From contig CAWJQI010000004.1 of the NCBI GenBank assembly GCA_963845085.1, positions 224,001-288,000 of the forward strand: 64,000 nt of DNA. The letters are read 5' to 3'. Numbering within the stretch: position 1 is the stretch's first letter; every line of letters begins with the position of its first letter. This DNA is from Candidatus Fermentibacterota bacterium. Its GTDB lineage: Bacteria; Fermentibacterota; Fermentibacteria; Fermentibacterales; JCC-6. The notes beneath the pieces are model-generated. The model searched no databases. It was not told the origin of the DNA and worked only from the letters and a program-made list of their open reading frames with translations. Position numbers and translations under genes: made by a program. Positions 1 through 9,386 of this stretch are shown piece after piece.

Positions 1-1687
1 CCCTCGTGGCGTTGCGGGGAAGGTTCACGGTCTTGCTCACCGCATTGTCCGTGTACTTCTGAAACGCCGCCTGCATCCTTACATGCCATTCCGGGCCGAT
101 GTCGTGCGAAGTCACGAAAACACGCCGCACATCGTCAGGTATGCCTTCGATCCCGCCAAGGCTCCCCTTCTCCGCGAGGAGCGCCAGAAATTCATCTGAG
201 CCGAAACCCCTCTCCCTTGCGACTTTCTCGAACAGGGGAACGACCTCCCTCATCTCCTCCCCTTCGTCGAGCAGATTCCTGCGGGTGTAGGCGAGTGCGA
301 ACACGGGCTCGACACCGCTGGAGCACCCCGCGATGATGCTGATCGACCCGGTCGGAGCAATGGTTGTCACCGTCGCGTTCCTCATCGCCGGCATGCCGGC
401 CGTGTCGTACACGCTTCCCCTGAAGTTGGGGAAGGCGCCCCTGCGCTTCGCAAGTTCAACGCTCTCGCTTACAGCCTTGTCAGCGATAAAACTCATCACC
501 TCTTCGGCAAGCTCAAGGGCCTCCTCGCTGTCGTAGGGCACGCCGATGTCAAATAGCAGTTCGGCGAAGCCCATCACGCCGAGACCGATCTTTCTGTTGC
601 CGGCCACCATCTTCTCTATCTCGGGAAGAGGGTACCTGTTTATCTGAATTACATCGTCGAGAAAACGGATCCCGTACCTGACGGTCTTCTCAAGAAGGTT
701 CCAGTCGACGGACCTTTTCCCGGGCACCCCCATGACTGCAAGGTTCACCGACCCGAGGTTGCACGCCTCGTACGGAAGAAGGGGTTGTTCGCCGCAGGGA
801 TTGGTGGCTTCGATATCGCCGAGAAGAGGTGTGGGGTTCGCCCTGTTCACCCTGTCGATGAAGATGATGCCGGGCTCCCCGCTGCTCCAGGCGGAATCAA
901 CGAGTGCGTCGAAGACCTCCGTCGCGGAAAGGACCCCCGTGATCTCCCCGGTCCTGGGATTGACAAGCCCGTAGTCCTCACCGGCCTCGAGCGCGGCAAG
1001 GAACGAGTCGGTGAGGGCCACCGAAAGGTTGAAGTTGTTCAGCTGCGCCATGTCGCGCTTTGCGTTGATGAAGGCCAATATGTCGGGGTGATCGACCCTG
1101 AGAACGGCCATGTTCGCGCCACGCCTGACGCCGCCCTGCTTGACCGTGTCGGTGGCCCGGTCGAAGACTGTCATGAACGAGATGGGGCCGCTGGAAACTC
1201 CCATCGTGGTCCGCACGACATCGAGCGAGGGCCGCACCCTGCTGAAGGAGAAGCCCGTGCCGCCACCGCTCTTGTGGATGAGGGCCGTGTTCTTCACGGC
1301 GTTGAAGATGCTTTCCATGCTGTCCTCGACTGGAAGCACGAAGCAGGCCGAGAGCTGGCCCATCTCACCGCCGGCATTGATGAGGGTCGGCGAGTTGGGC
1401 AGGAACTCCCTTCGGGCCATCATGCCGTAGAATTCAGCAGCCCAGGATGCCTCGTCCCCGTCCCACTGCGATTCCGCACCCGCGACGGCTTCGGCCACCC
1501 TTCTGAACATCCCGCCTGGAGTTTCGGTTATTCTGCCGTCCTCCGAGCGTCTGAGGTAGCGCCGTGCAAGGACCCGAAGGGCGTTTGCCGAGAGAATGGG
1601 CTCGGGGAAAGCACGCTCCGGTTCAGGAACCTTTACCTCCCGGCTCTGGCGGTCCTGCAGGCTGTCGAACAGATCGGGAGTGTTCAT
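1..1687 (-). CDS. nrdJ: Adenosylcobalamin-dependent (class II) ribonucleotide reductase; 3' end runs off the window
   Basis: Manual minus-strand translation from ATG 1687 (RBS AAGGAG): LARRYL, FLPNSPTLINAG, QLSACFVLP, SGGGTGFSFS, RRGANMA, TNPCGEQPLLPYEACNLGS, NRKIGLGVMG, TIAPTGSIS, AVSKTVN. Absent from the ORF track because it has no stop in the window. Confidence 0.93.
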   Translation of the reverse strand, partial: MNTPDLFDSLQDRQSREVKVPEPERAFPEPILSANALRVLARRYLRRSEDGRITETPGGMFRRVAEAVAGAESQWDGDEASWAAEFYGMMARREFLPNSPTLINAGGEMGQLSACFVLPVEDSMESIFNAVKNTALIHKSGGGTGFSFSRVRPSLDVVRTTMGVSSGPISFMTVFDRATDTVKQGGVRRGANMAVLRVDHPDILAFINAKRDMAQLNNFNLSVALTDSFLAALEAGEDYGLVNPRTGEITGVLSATEVFDALVDSAWSSGEPGIIFIDRVNRANPTPLLGDIEATNPCGEQPLLPYEACNLGSVNLAVMGVPGKRSVDWNLLEKTVRYGIRFLDDVIQINRYPLPEIEKMVAGNRKIGLGVMGFAELLFDIGVPYDSEEALELAEEVMSFIADKAVSESVELAKRRGAFPNFRGSVYDTAGMPAMRNATVTTIAPTGSISIIAGCSSGVEPVFALAYTRRNLLDEGEEMREVVPLFEKVARERGFGSDEFLALLAEKGSLGGIEGIPDDVRRVFVTSHDIGPEWHVRMQAAFQKYTDNAVSKTVNLPRNATR

Positions 1688-1828
1688 CGTCTCCTTTCCG
1701 GAACTGGTCAATGCTATTCATCCCGGGCTCCGGAATCAAGTCGGCTGCTCTTGCACAAAAATGCCGGGCTTCATAGTTTCCAGGCAGGTAAGCGGACACG
1801 GAACTGCCGGACTGGAAGAGGGTGGCTT

Positions 1829-2125
1829 CTGAAACGGTTGGCATATGCGGTGGCGGCGGTTTTTTGCCTTTCGCTTCCCCTTGTTTTCACGGCTCCGGCC
1901 TCCACGATTTCCACAGCCGATGAGACGGCCGCCCTGGCGGTGGTTCTGGGACCCGGCAGCCATTTTCTGGGTCCCGAAAGCCTGTTCGTGAGCGGAAGGG
2001 ATACGCTTCAGGTGACAGTAACTTGCGCGCGACGCCTTCAGCCTCCCCGGAATCCGAGGGTCAGGGCCTTTGCGCCCGACCGGAACGGCGCGGCCTTCAC
2101 CGTGGTGCCGGGAGCTGCCTTTTGA
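1829..2125 (+). CDS. Small hypothetical exported protein (start uncertain: CTG 1829 or TTG 1838)
   Basis: Signal-like N-terminus KRLAYAVAAVFCLSLPLVFTA after a purine-rich RBS-like stretch; its TGA overlaps the TTG start of the next gene. Confidence 0.45.
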   Translation: MKRLAYAVAAVFCLSLPLVFTAPASTISTADETAALAVVLGPGSHFLGPESLFVSGRDTLQVTVTCARRLQPPRNPRVRAFAPDRNGAAFTVVPGAAF

Positions 2126-2616
2126 AGGCTTTCATTCGCCTTTCTGCGCTGCTGCTGGCCGCTGTTCCGATAGCCGGATGCGGCGGTCCGTCTGACGAAC
2201 AGGTCGAGGGTGACGGACAGAACCCGGTCCTTGAGCTCCCCGGAACGATATGCCGACCCGACACCTCGGGTTTCATAGCTTTTCCGACCGACTCGCTTGA
2301 GGGGGTGCTCCTGTACCTCTGGATTCCGCTTGAGAACTGCGACCAGAGCGATGCAGACCTTGTTTTCCTCGCCACCCTCGAAGAAAGCGGCATACTGCCG
2401 GCGCCCGTTCAGTTCGATCAGACCGCGAGAAACTTTGCCCAGCGGTTCGTGAACGGGCTGGAACTTCCGCTCACGGTCTATCTGGGCGACGACGAACTTC
2501 TCTCCTTCATGAACGTCGACATCCTTCCCGCGGCTGTTCTCGTTCTGCCCGGCGGCGTCGAAATACGTGCCAGCGGAGCCGGATGCGCCAGAAGGGTTCT
2601 TCAGGACCTGCAGTGA
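2122..2616 (+). CDS. Lipoprotein, possible degenerate TlpA/thioredoxin-like fold
   Basis: Lipobox IAG-C; pattern VLLYLW..C ... LPLTVYL ... VDILPAAVLV; coupled to both neighbours. Confidence 0.6.
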   Translation: MKAFIRLSALLLAAVPIAGCGGPSDEQVEGDGQNPVLELPGTICRPDTSGFIAFPTDSLEGVLLYLWIPLENCDQSDADLVFLATLEESGILPAPVQFDQTARNFAQRFVNGLELPLTVYLGDDELLSFMNVDILPAAVLVLPGGVEIRASGAGCARRVLQDLQ

Positions 2617-3332
2617 GAAATGTATTCATAAGCGACGCCCACCTGTCCCCCGAGGGTGTTCCGCACCCCGGAAGGGAAACCCTGATCAGGTTTCTTGACC
2701 ACCTCGCCACAACCGAACCCGGAGCGCTCTGGATCATTGGCGATCTGTTCGACTACTGGTTCGAGTACCGTTCGACCGTTCCCGCCGGGTACTCAAGGGT
2801 GCTGTGCAGGCTGAGGAGGCTGTCAGATTCGGGCTGGAAGACCGGTTTCATACCGGGCAACCACGACTGGTGGGTGGGCCGGCGCTTTCACCTCGAGACA
2901 GGAATGACCATCCACCGCGAAACACCCCTCAGGGTCGACATCGAAGGCGTCAGGACCGTTCTTGCACACGGCGACGGCCTTGGAAGGGGGGACTGGGGCT
3001 ACAGGGCTTTCAAGCCGATCCTCCGCTCCCGTGTTTCGAGCTTTTTCTACTCCCTGCTTCACCCCACGCCGGCCACGGCGCTGGCATTCATGGCAAGCGG
3101 AACGAGCAGGAAGTACCTCAGAAAAAAGGTGAGGGTGATTCCCCCGCACCTTGACGCCTGGGCAAAGCGGCAGCTTGCCTGCGCCGACCTCGTCGTCACG
3201 GGCCACACCCACGTACCCAGGCTGACGAAGGATGGAAACGGGTATTACGCGTCGCTTGGCGATTGGATAAGCTCCTTCACATACTTGAAACTGGAAGAAG
3301 GGATACCCTCTCTTGAGCGCTTCGATGGCTGA
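2613..3332 (+). CDS. lpxH: UDP-2,3-diacylglucosamine hydrolase-like metallophosphoesterase
   Basis: FISDAHL, GDLFDYW, GNHDWW, AHGD, GHTH motifs; GTG start overlaps upstream TGA. Confidence 0.8.
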   Translation: MRNVFISDAHLSPEGVPHPGRETLIRFLDHLATTEPGALWIIGDLFDYWFEYRSTVPAGYSRVLCRLRRLSDSGWKTGFIPGNHDWWVGRRFHLETGMTIHRETPLRVDIEGVRTVLAHGDGLGRGDWGYRAFKPILRSRVSSFFYSLLHPTPATALAFMASGTSRKYLRKKVRVIPPHLDAWAKRQLACADLVVTGHTHVPRLTKDGNGYYASLGDWISSFTYLKLEEGIPSLERFDG

Positions 3333-4249
3333 ACCGTCATTGACCGTGGTCGTGCCCGCCCTCAACGAGGCGATGAGCCTTCCCGAGCTGCTTGCAGAGA
3401 TCGGAGGGGTTCTCGAGGGGCGCGACTGGAACATCGTCATCGTGGACGACGGCAGCACCGACAACACCTGGAGCACCAGTAAGGGAGCTTGCCCATCGTT
3501 ATCCCCTGACGGGGCTCAGGTTCGGGCGAAACCAGGGAAAGGCGGCTGCACTTGCTGCCGGGATCGCCGAGGCCCGGGGAGACTGGATCGCAACGCTCGA
3601 CGCGGACCTCCAGGACGACCCGTCCGAGATCCCCCGAATGATCGCCTATGCCCTTGAGAACGGCCTTCAGCTGGTAAGCGGGTGGAAGAAGGTCCGGCAT
3701 GATCCCGCCGACAAGACTGTCCCCTCTCACCTCTTCAACACCGTCGTGAGGCGGTCAACCGGCATCAATCTTCACGATTTCAACTGCGGGCTGAAGGTCT
3801 ACCGGCGCGACGCGGCTCGAAGCCTCGACCTCTACGGCGAGATGCACCGGTACACTCCGGTTCTGGCCGCGATGAACGGTTTCAACGTCGGCGAGGTCCC
3901 CGTGAACCATCGTCCAAGAAGGTACGGTCGGAGCAAGTACGGTCTGGCAAGGTATTTCAGGGGATTCAGCGACCTTCTGACGGTTCTGTTCCTCAACAGG
4001 TACTCGTTCCGCCCGCTGCATTTCTTCGGCGGCATCGGCACCATTCTTACGCTGGCCGGCTTCGCCGTAAGCGCATACCTCTCGGTCCTGTGGTTCACCG
4101 GCAGCTCGATCGGGAACAGGCCCCTTCTCCTCCTCGGCGTCTTCCTCATGCTGGCCGGGTTCCAGTTCATCTCCATGGGCCTCCTCGGAGAGATGATCCT
4201 TCGCTTCAGCAGCAGCAGGCCCGCCAACCCGGTCGAGAGAACTGAATGA
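3325..4249 (+). pseudogene. Polyprenol-phosphate glycosyltransferase (GT2, ArnC/DPM-synthase-like) split by a +1 frameshift near 3478 (real or sequencing error)
   Basis: N-part VVVPALNE...VDDGSTDNTWST in one frame; RELAHRY...NQGKAAAL...DADLQDDP...DFNCGLK plus two C-terminal TM helices in another. Confidence 0.85.
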
Positions 4250-5340
4250 AGATCTGCCTCCTGGGTCCTTTCCCTCCCCTCCGGGGTGGGATTGCCCAGT
4301 TCAACTCAAGGCTCGCAAAAGCCCTGGGCGAGGCCGGACACCGTATTGAAAAGGTGGGGTTTCGAACCCTCTATCCCCGGCTCCTCTTTCCGGGCAGGAC
4401 GCAGTTCGAGGAGGCAGGCTCCGCCTCTCCCGTGGAGGGTGTTCCCCTGCTCCGCCCGACAGCACCCCTGACCTGGCCCCGGACCCGCCGCATCATCTCC
4501 TCGATGGCGTGCGACGCGGCGGTCGTGCAGTGGTGGCATCCGTTCTTCGCTCCCTGCCTCTCGGCCTGCCTTCCCCGCAACATTCCCGCAGCCGCTGTCT
4601 GCCACAACCTCCTGCCCCACGAGGGTTTTCCCTTTGCACAGGCCCTGACTGAACGCTTCATGCGGAGCATGAGAACACTGGTCGTCCATGGCGGGACCGA
4701 CGTCGACAGGGCTTCCTCCTTCGGCGGAAGGGTGGTCACGCTGTTCCACCCTCTGTACGACCAATACCTTGAAGGCGCGCCGTCGCGTGCCGAGGCGAGG
4801 CGGCGGCTGGGCATCCCCGAAGGCCGGACCGTACTGCTCTTCTTCGGCCTTGTCAGACGGTACAAGGGGCTTGATATCCTCATCGAGGCGATGAAGCTTC
4901 TGCCGGATGACACGGTGCTTCTCGCCGCGGGGGAGAACTACGGGGATGAGCGGGAACTGGCCGAAGCGGCCTCCACGCTGGGAGACAGGTTCGAAAGGCA
5001 CGACCGTTTCATCCCCGACCGGGAGGTGGGGGTTTTCTTCAGGGCAGCCGACATCGTCGTCCTGCCGTACCGCACGGCAACACAGAGCGGCGTGGCCCAG
5101 ATCGCCCTGGCATTCGGAAAACCCATGGTGGTAACCGATGTGGGCAGCCTGGGGGAAACGGTTCAGCCCGGGGTGACGGGTGAGATCGCGGAACGGCCCG
5201 ATGCCGGCCTCCTGGCCGGGGCAGTAATGAAATGCGGCAGGATTGTTTCCGATCCGGGTCATGGCGACAGGGTGGCGGTCTTCGCGGCGCGTTTCTCCTG
5301 GAAAACGTACGCCGAAGCGCTTGTCAACGGGCTCGCATGA
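4246..5340 (+). CDS. Glycosyltransferase family 4
   Basis: RGGIAQF, FFGLVRRYKGLD, LPYRTATQSG, PMVVTDVG motifs. Confidence 0.9.
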   Translation: MKICLLGPFPPLRGGIAQFNSRLAKALGEAGHRIEKVGFRTLYPRLLFPGRTQFEEAGSASPVEGVPLLRPTAPLTWPRTRRIISSMACDAAVVQWWHPFFAPCLSACLPRNIPAAAVCHNLLPHEGFPFAQALTERFMRSMRTLVVHGGTDVDRASSFGGRVVTLFHPLYDQYLEGAPSRAEARRRLGIPEGRTVLLFFGLVRRYKGLDILIEAMKLLPDDTVLLAAGENYGDERELAEAASTLGDRFERHDRFIPDREVGVFFRAADIVVLPYRTATQSGVAQIALAFGKPMVVTDVGSLGETVQPGVTGEIAERPDAGLLAGAVMKCGRIVSDPGHGDRVAVFAARFSWKTYAEALVNGLA

Positions 5341-6221
5341 ACATATTCGTAACGGGGGCCGGCGGTTTCATCGGAAGGTCACTGGCAGCCCACCTGACGA
5401 GGGCGGGGCACATCCTCACGACCCATTCGGGAAGGGCTGACGGTCCCGTTACCGTTCCGAAAAACGCCGATGCAGTCATTAACGCTGCGGGCAGGCTCGG
5501 CGGGGGGAACATTCCCGAAACCGAGGTCAGTCAGGCGAACACCCTCCTTCCCGAGCAGATCGGGCTGCAATGCGTTTCTGCGGGAATTCCCCTGATCCAT
5601 CTCAGCACACCCGGAGTCTGCGGCCTCCTCGCCGACGGAAGGGAGGACGCCCCGCTCGCTCCCGAAGGCCCGTATGAAAGATCGAAGGCAGAGGGCGAGA
5701 CAAGGCTTGCTTCCCTGGGGTTTCCTCCGGGAGGGCTTACCGTGCTCCGTCCCGACTTCGTTTTCGGCGCTGGCGACAGGCACAAACTCGCTCTTTTCCG
5801 TCAGGTCGCCAGGGGCTGGTTCCCTGTGGTTGGGCGTTCCGGCCCGCTGACAAGGCCGACCCACGCAAGGGATGTCTGCAGGGCGGTGCAATACTCCCTG
5901 CCTGGCGGCATACTTGCCGGAGGCCTCTACAACATCGGGGGTCCGGAGGTGCTGACCATGGCCGAGGTGGTCCGCACCGCAGCCGCGGCGCAGGGGAGGA
6001 GAGTCTTCGTGGTCTCCACCCCGAGGCGGCTCCTGCGGGCTGTGCTTGCTCTCGGGCCGCTCTGCCCCGCCCCCCTCACCGAGAGCAGGCTTCGCCTCTT
6101 CGGAACCGACCGCTTCGTCTCTGTGGAAAAGGCCGCAGCAGCCGGTTTCACTCCGATGTTCTCATTCGCGGAAGCTGCGGGGGATGCCGTATCCTGGTAC
6201 AGATCGGAGAAACTCCTTTGA
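5337..6221 (+). CDS. NAD-dependent epimerase/dehydratase
   Basis: MNIFVTGAGGFIG Rossmann motif; YERSK (YxxxK); ATGA overlap at 5337. Confidence 0.88.
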   Translation: MNIFVTGAGGFIGRSLAAHLTRAGHILTTHSGRADGPVTVPKNADAVINAAGRLGGGNIPETEVSQANTLLPEQIGLQCVSAGIPLIHLSTPGVCGLLADGREDAPLAPEGPYERSKAEGETRLASLGFPPGGLTVLRPDFVFGAGDRHKLALFRQVARGWFPVVGRSGPLTRPTHARDVCRAVQYSLPGGILAGGLYNIGGPEVLTMAEVVRTAAAAQGRRVFVVSTPRRLLRAVLALGPLCPAPLTESRLRLFGTDRFVSVEKAAAAGFTPMFSFAEAAGDAVSWYRSEKLL

Positions 6222-7141
6222 AAAAGCCCGTGTTCTGGCTCAGGATGGCGTTCATCATCCTTCTTCTCATTGCGGGCAGGCAGATATGGCTGTCGGGCGG
6301 CGAGTGGCTTTCAAGCGCCCGTGCGTTTCCCTGGGACCCCGACCCGCTTCTGCTCGCGGGTTCGTCCCTCCTTCTCCTGGCCGGTCTTGCGGCCTCGCCG
6401 GAGGGCTGGGTCATGGTTTGCCGCCAGCGCGCCATAACGATGCCGCGGCGTGAACTGTACGCGGTTTGGTTCGCCAGCCAGCTCGGGCGCTTCATACCGG
6501 GAAAGATCTGGCTTTTCGCGGGTCGCATCGGCCTGTTGAAGTCACGGGGATACTCGGTCGCCAAAACGGCTTCAACACTCGTTCTCGAGCTGCTTTTCAG
6601 CACAGCTGCGGTGGGGGTCGTGGCTCTGATCGCGGGGGTGTTCCATCCCGGGATTGCCGAAAACCCCTCGATGAGGTGGGCGGTGACCTCCGCAGGGGTG
6701 GCGGTGGCCCTACTGCCATTCCTCAGCCCGCTGCAGAAGCTCGTCTTCAGGATAAAGGGCATATCGTTCCGGCCGGTACCACTCCGGCACGCGATCGAGG
6801 TTACCCTTTTCTACACCATCACCTGGGTCGTCAGGGGGGTTGCTCTCTGGATGTGGTTCCGCGGCATGGGGCTCGATGAGGCAGGCCTGCTCGACAGCAT
6901 GGCGGCTGCGCCCCTGTCGTGGCTTGCGGGGTATATTGTTGTTCTCGTCCCCGGTGGCCTGGGAGTGAGAGAAGCTGCGGCAGCGCTGATTGCACTGCCC
7001 GCTTCCCTTCTTGTCCCGGGTGTCGCCGCAGCTGGAGGGCAGAGGATAATCATGACGATCTGGGAGCTCTCCCTGGCCGGATTCACGGCTGGAACCCTTC
7101 GAAGGGCGAAGACGGAGGCACATGATGAAGAAACCATGTGA
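6218..7141 (+). CDS. Lysylphosphatidylglycerol-synthase-TM / UPF0104 flippase-like membrane protein
   Basis: SQLGRFIPGKIW and VPGGLGVRE motifs; multi-pass hydrophobic. Confidence 0.8.
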   Translation: MKKPVFWLRMAFIILLLIAGRQIWLSGGEWLSSARAFPWDPDPLLLAGSSLLLLAGLAASPEGWVMVCRQRAITMPRRELYAVWFASQLGRFIPGKIWLFAGRIGLLKSRGYSVAKTASTLVLELLFSTAAVGVVALIAGVFHPGIAENPSMRWAVTSAGVAVALLPFLSPLQKLVFRIKGISFRPVPLRHAIEVTLFYTITWVVRGVALWMWFRGMGLDEAGLLDSMAAAPLSWLAGYIVVLVPGGLGVREAAAALIALPASLLVPGVAAAGGQRIIMTIWELSLAGFTAGTLRRAKTEAHDEETM

Positions 7142-9386
7142 CGGCGCAACAGCACTCGGGCTTGCCGCCCTGCTCGCGGTTCTGGTCTACTGGCCGGTGT
7201 TCTCATCCTCGAGGCTTCCTGGTGGCGAGATGAGCGACACCGTCCATCAGGGTTATCCGTTCCTCGCGTACACCGAGGCCTCCCTGGCCCGGGGCGAGCT
7301 TCCTCTCTGGAACCCCCTGATCTTCGGGGGCGTTCCATTCTATGCCTCCTTCAGCGCTCCCGTTTTCTACCCGCTGCGTGGAATTCCCCTGCTTCTGTTC
7401 GGCGCCGAGGCTTCGGTGAGGTTCCTTTTCCCCGTTCACATGGTCCTGGCCGGCATTTTCGCGTGGCTGTTCCTTGGCGCGGCCGGGGTGTCACGCGGAG
7501 GGCGGCTGGTCGGGTCAACGGCCTACTGCCTTGGCGCATGGGCCAACACCCTCTTCTACGCCGGGCACGGCAGCAAGGTCATTTGCTGGGCCTTTCTTCC
7601 CCTGCTTCTCTATGCGGTCATCAGGTTCACAGGCACCCGGAACTGGAAATGGGTCGGGGTGGGGGCGCTCGCCGTCGGAATGCAGGGGCTTTCGAGCCAT
7701 CCCCAGATGATGCTCTACTCCGGAGGCATGGCCGCAGTGGTTGCCTTCTGGCACTTCGGCCGCCCAAGGGAATGGTTGTGGAAGCTTGCGGGCCTTTCAA
7801 CCATGGTAATCCTTGGCGTCCTGGTCGCAGCCGTCCAGCTCTACCCCGGCTACCTCTTCAGCCAGCACTCCGCCCGGGGTGAGGGGCTTGATCCCGCGGT
7901 CGCGGCGAGTTACTCGATGCCGCCCGAGGAAACTCTCTGCATGATTTTCCCCTCGGCTTTCGGCCTCAGGCACGGGTTCAGCGACAGCACCATTTCCGGC
8001 GTGCCCGTGTACTTCGGCAGGCTCGGGCTGAGGCTGAGCAGCGAGTTTACGGGCGTGGCCGTGTTCATCCTCGCCATGGCGTTTTTCATCGCCGGCGGGA
8101 AGGGACGGCTGAGGGGCTCCCTCATCACACTTGCCGCTCTCGGGGCGGTTGTTTCATGGGGAGGCTATACGGGGGTCTTCTCGCTCCTTTACGGGATCAT
8201 TCCCCTCTTCCAGAAGATACGGGCTCCGCACATGGCTGCGTTCATTACCACCACGTCGCTCGCCCTCGCCGCCGGGCCGGGTTTTGACGCCCTTTTCACC
8301 GAAAAGGTTTCGAAAAAAGCGGTCATTGCCCTTTCCGCCACTGCCGCCCTATTCCTTCTCCTTTTGCCATTGTCGGGCGCGGGAAGCCGGATGCTGCAGG
8401 AGTCCTGGTGGACAAGAATGGGTGCGCCGGGCGCGGTGGGGTTCGAGTTCATGGTCAGGCACAGGGCTTCACTGCTGCACGCAGACATTCAAAGGGCCCT
8501 GCTCTCGTCCTGCTCCCTTCTCCTGATCCTTGTCGCGGCCTGGAAGTACAGGCTCAGAGCCGCGCATGCCGCCATCGGGGTCGTTTTGATAACGGCCTTT
8601 GAACTTGTCCCCTTCAACAGAAACTTCCAGGTGTACCTTCATCAGACATCGATCGACGAGATCTATCCCAATGACGGAAGCATCTCCGAACTGGCCGGGC
8701 AGGGCAGGGTCTTCCCCGGCGGCAACGAACTCATTCCCGCGGGCATCCGGTCAGTGACGGGTTACCACGCCGCCAAACCCGCTCTGGTTGACGATATGCT
8801 GTCCCTGCTGAACAACACATCCCCCGAGATCATCTACCAGTTCTGTGTTAGCGCCTTCAGTTTCCCCGAGGGCGCTAGCACCTGGCGGGAGCTTCACCCA
8901 GTTCTCGCGGAAGACGCTCCCATGCTTCCGCAGGATCCCATGCCCAGGGCGTTCATCCCGACCCAGCCCGTCCGCGGAACAGGCGAGAGGGGGTTCCAGG
9001 CGATGTCACAGGGCATCAACCCGATGACCATGTCCGTCATCGACGCACCTGCCGCCGACATTCCCGGGGTTTGCGACGGCACCGCCGAGATCGTTTGCGA
9101 CACGCCGCACGAAGTGACAGTCAGCACGGCGTCGGCAACCCCCGCCGTCCTGGTCCTTGCCGACACCTGGTATCCAAGGTGGCGTGCAGAGGTGAACGGC
9201 TCGCCTGCGCCGGTCCGGGTGGCCAACGGCTGGATGAGGGCCGTCGCCCTTCCGGCCGGTGAGAACACCGTGCGCTTCTTCTACGACGATTCCGACGTAG
9301 TTCTGGGCATGTGGACCTCGCTGGCCGCAACACTGTGCGCCATCGCCCTCCTCCTGCTGCGGGCAAAACCCGGGAAACCGTGTTGA
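7122..9386 (+). CDS. YfhO-family polytopic membrane protein (putative GT-C glycosyltransferase)
   Basis: LPLWNPLIFGGVPF, VFYPL, SHPQM; C-terminal LVLADTWYPRW..NGWMRAV. Confidence 0.82.
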   Translation: MMKKPCDGATALGLAALLAVLVYWPVFSSSRLPGGEMSDTVHQGYPFLAYTEASLARGELPLWNPLIFGGVPFYASFSAPVFYPLRGIPLLLFGAEASVRFLFPVHMVLAGIFAWLFLGAAGVSRGGRLVGSTAYCLGAWANTLFYAGHGSKVICWAFLPLLLYAVIRFTGTRNWKWVGVGALAVGMQGLSSHPQMMLYSGGMAAVVAFWHFGRPREWLWKLAGLSTMVILGVLVAAVQLYPGYLFSQHSARGEGLDPAVAASYSMPPEETLCMIFPSAFGLRHGFSDSTISGVPVYFGRLGLRLSSEFTGVAVFILAMAFFIAGGKGRLRGSLITLAALGAVVSWGGYTGVFSLLYGIIPLFQKIRAPHMAAFITTTSLALAAGPGFDALFTEKVSKKAVIALSATAALFLLLLPLSGAGSRMLQESWWTRMGAPGAVGFEFMVRHRASLLHADIQRALLSSCSLLLILVAAWKYRLRAAHAAIGVVLITAFELVPFNRNFQVYLHQTSIDEIYPNDGSISELAGQGRVFPGGNELIPAGIRSVTGYHAAKPALVDDMLSLLNNTSPEIIYQFCVSAFSFPEGASTWRELHPVLAEDAPMLPQDPMPRAFIPTQPVRGTGERGFQAMSQGINPMTMSVIDAPAADIPGVCDGTAEIVCDTPHEVTVSTASATPAVLVLADTWYPRWRAEVNGSPAPVRVANGWMRAVALPAGENTVRFFYDDSDVVLGMWTSLAATLCAIALLLLRAKPGKPC

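Noticed and set aside
785..1828. 5' part of the 446-aa plus-strand ORF 785..2125
   Set aside because: Antisense shadow of nrdJ; only the last ~98 codons look like a real gene.
1688..1828. NrdR box or cobalamin riboswitch upstream of nrdJ (also checked upstream of 55614)
   Set aside because: No recognisable consensus by eye; an Rfam/Infernal scan would be needed to exclude it formally.
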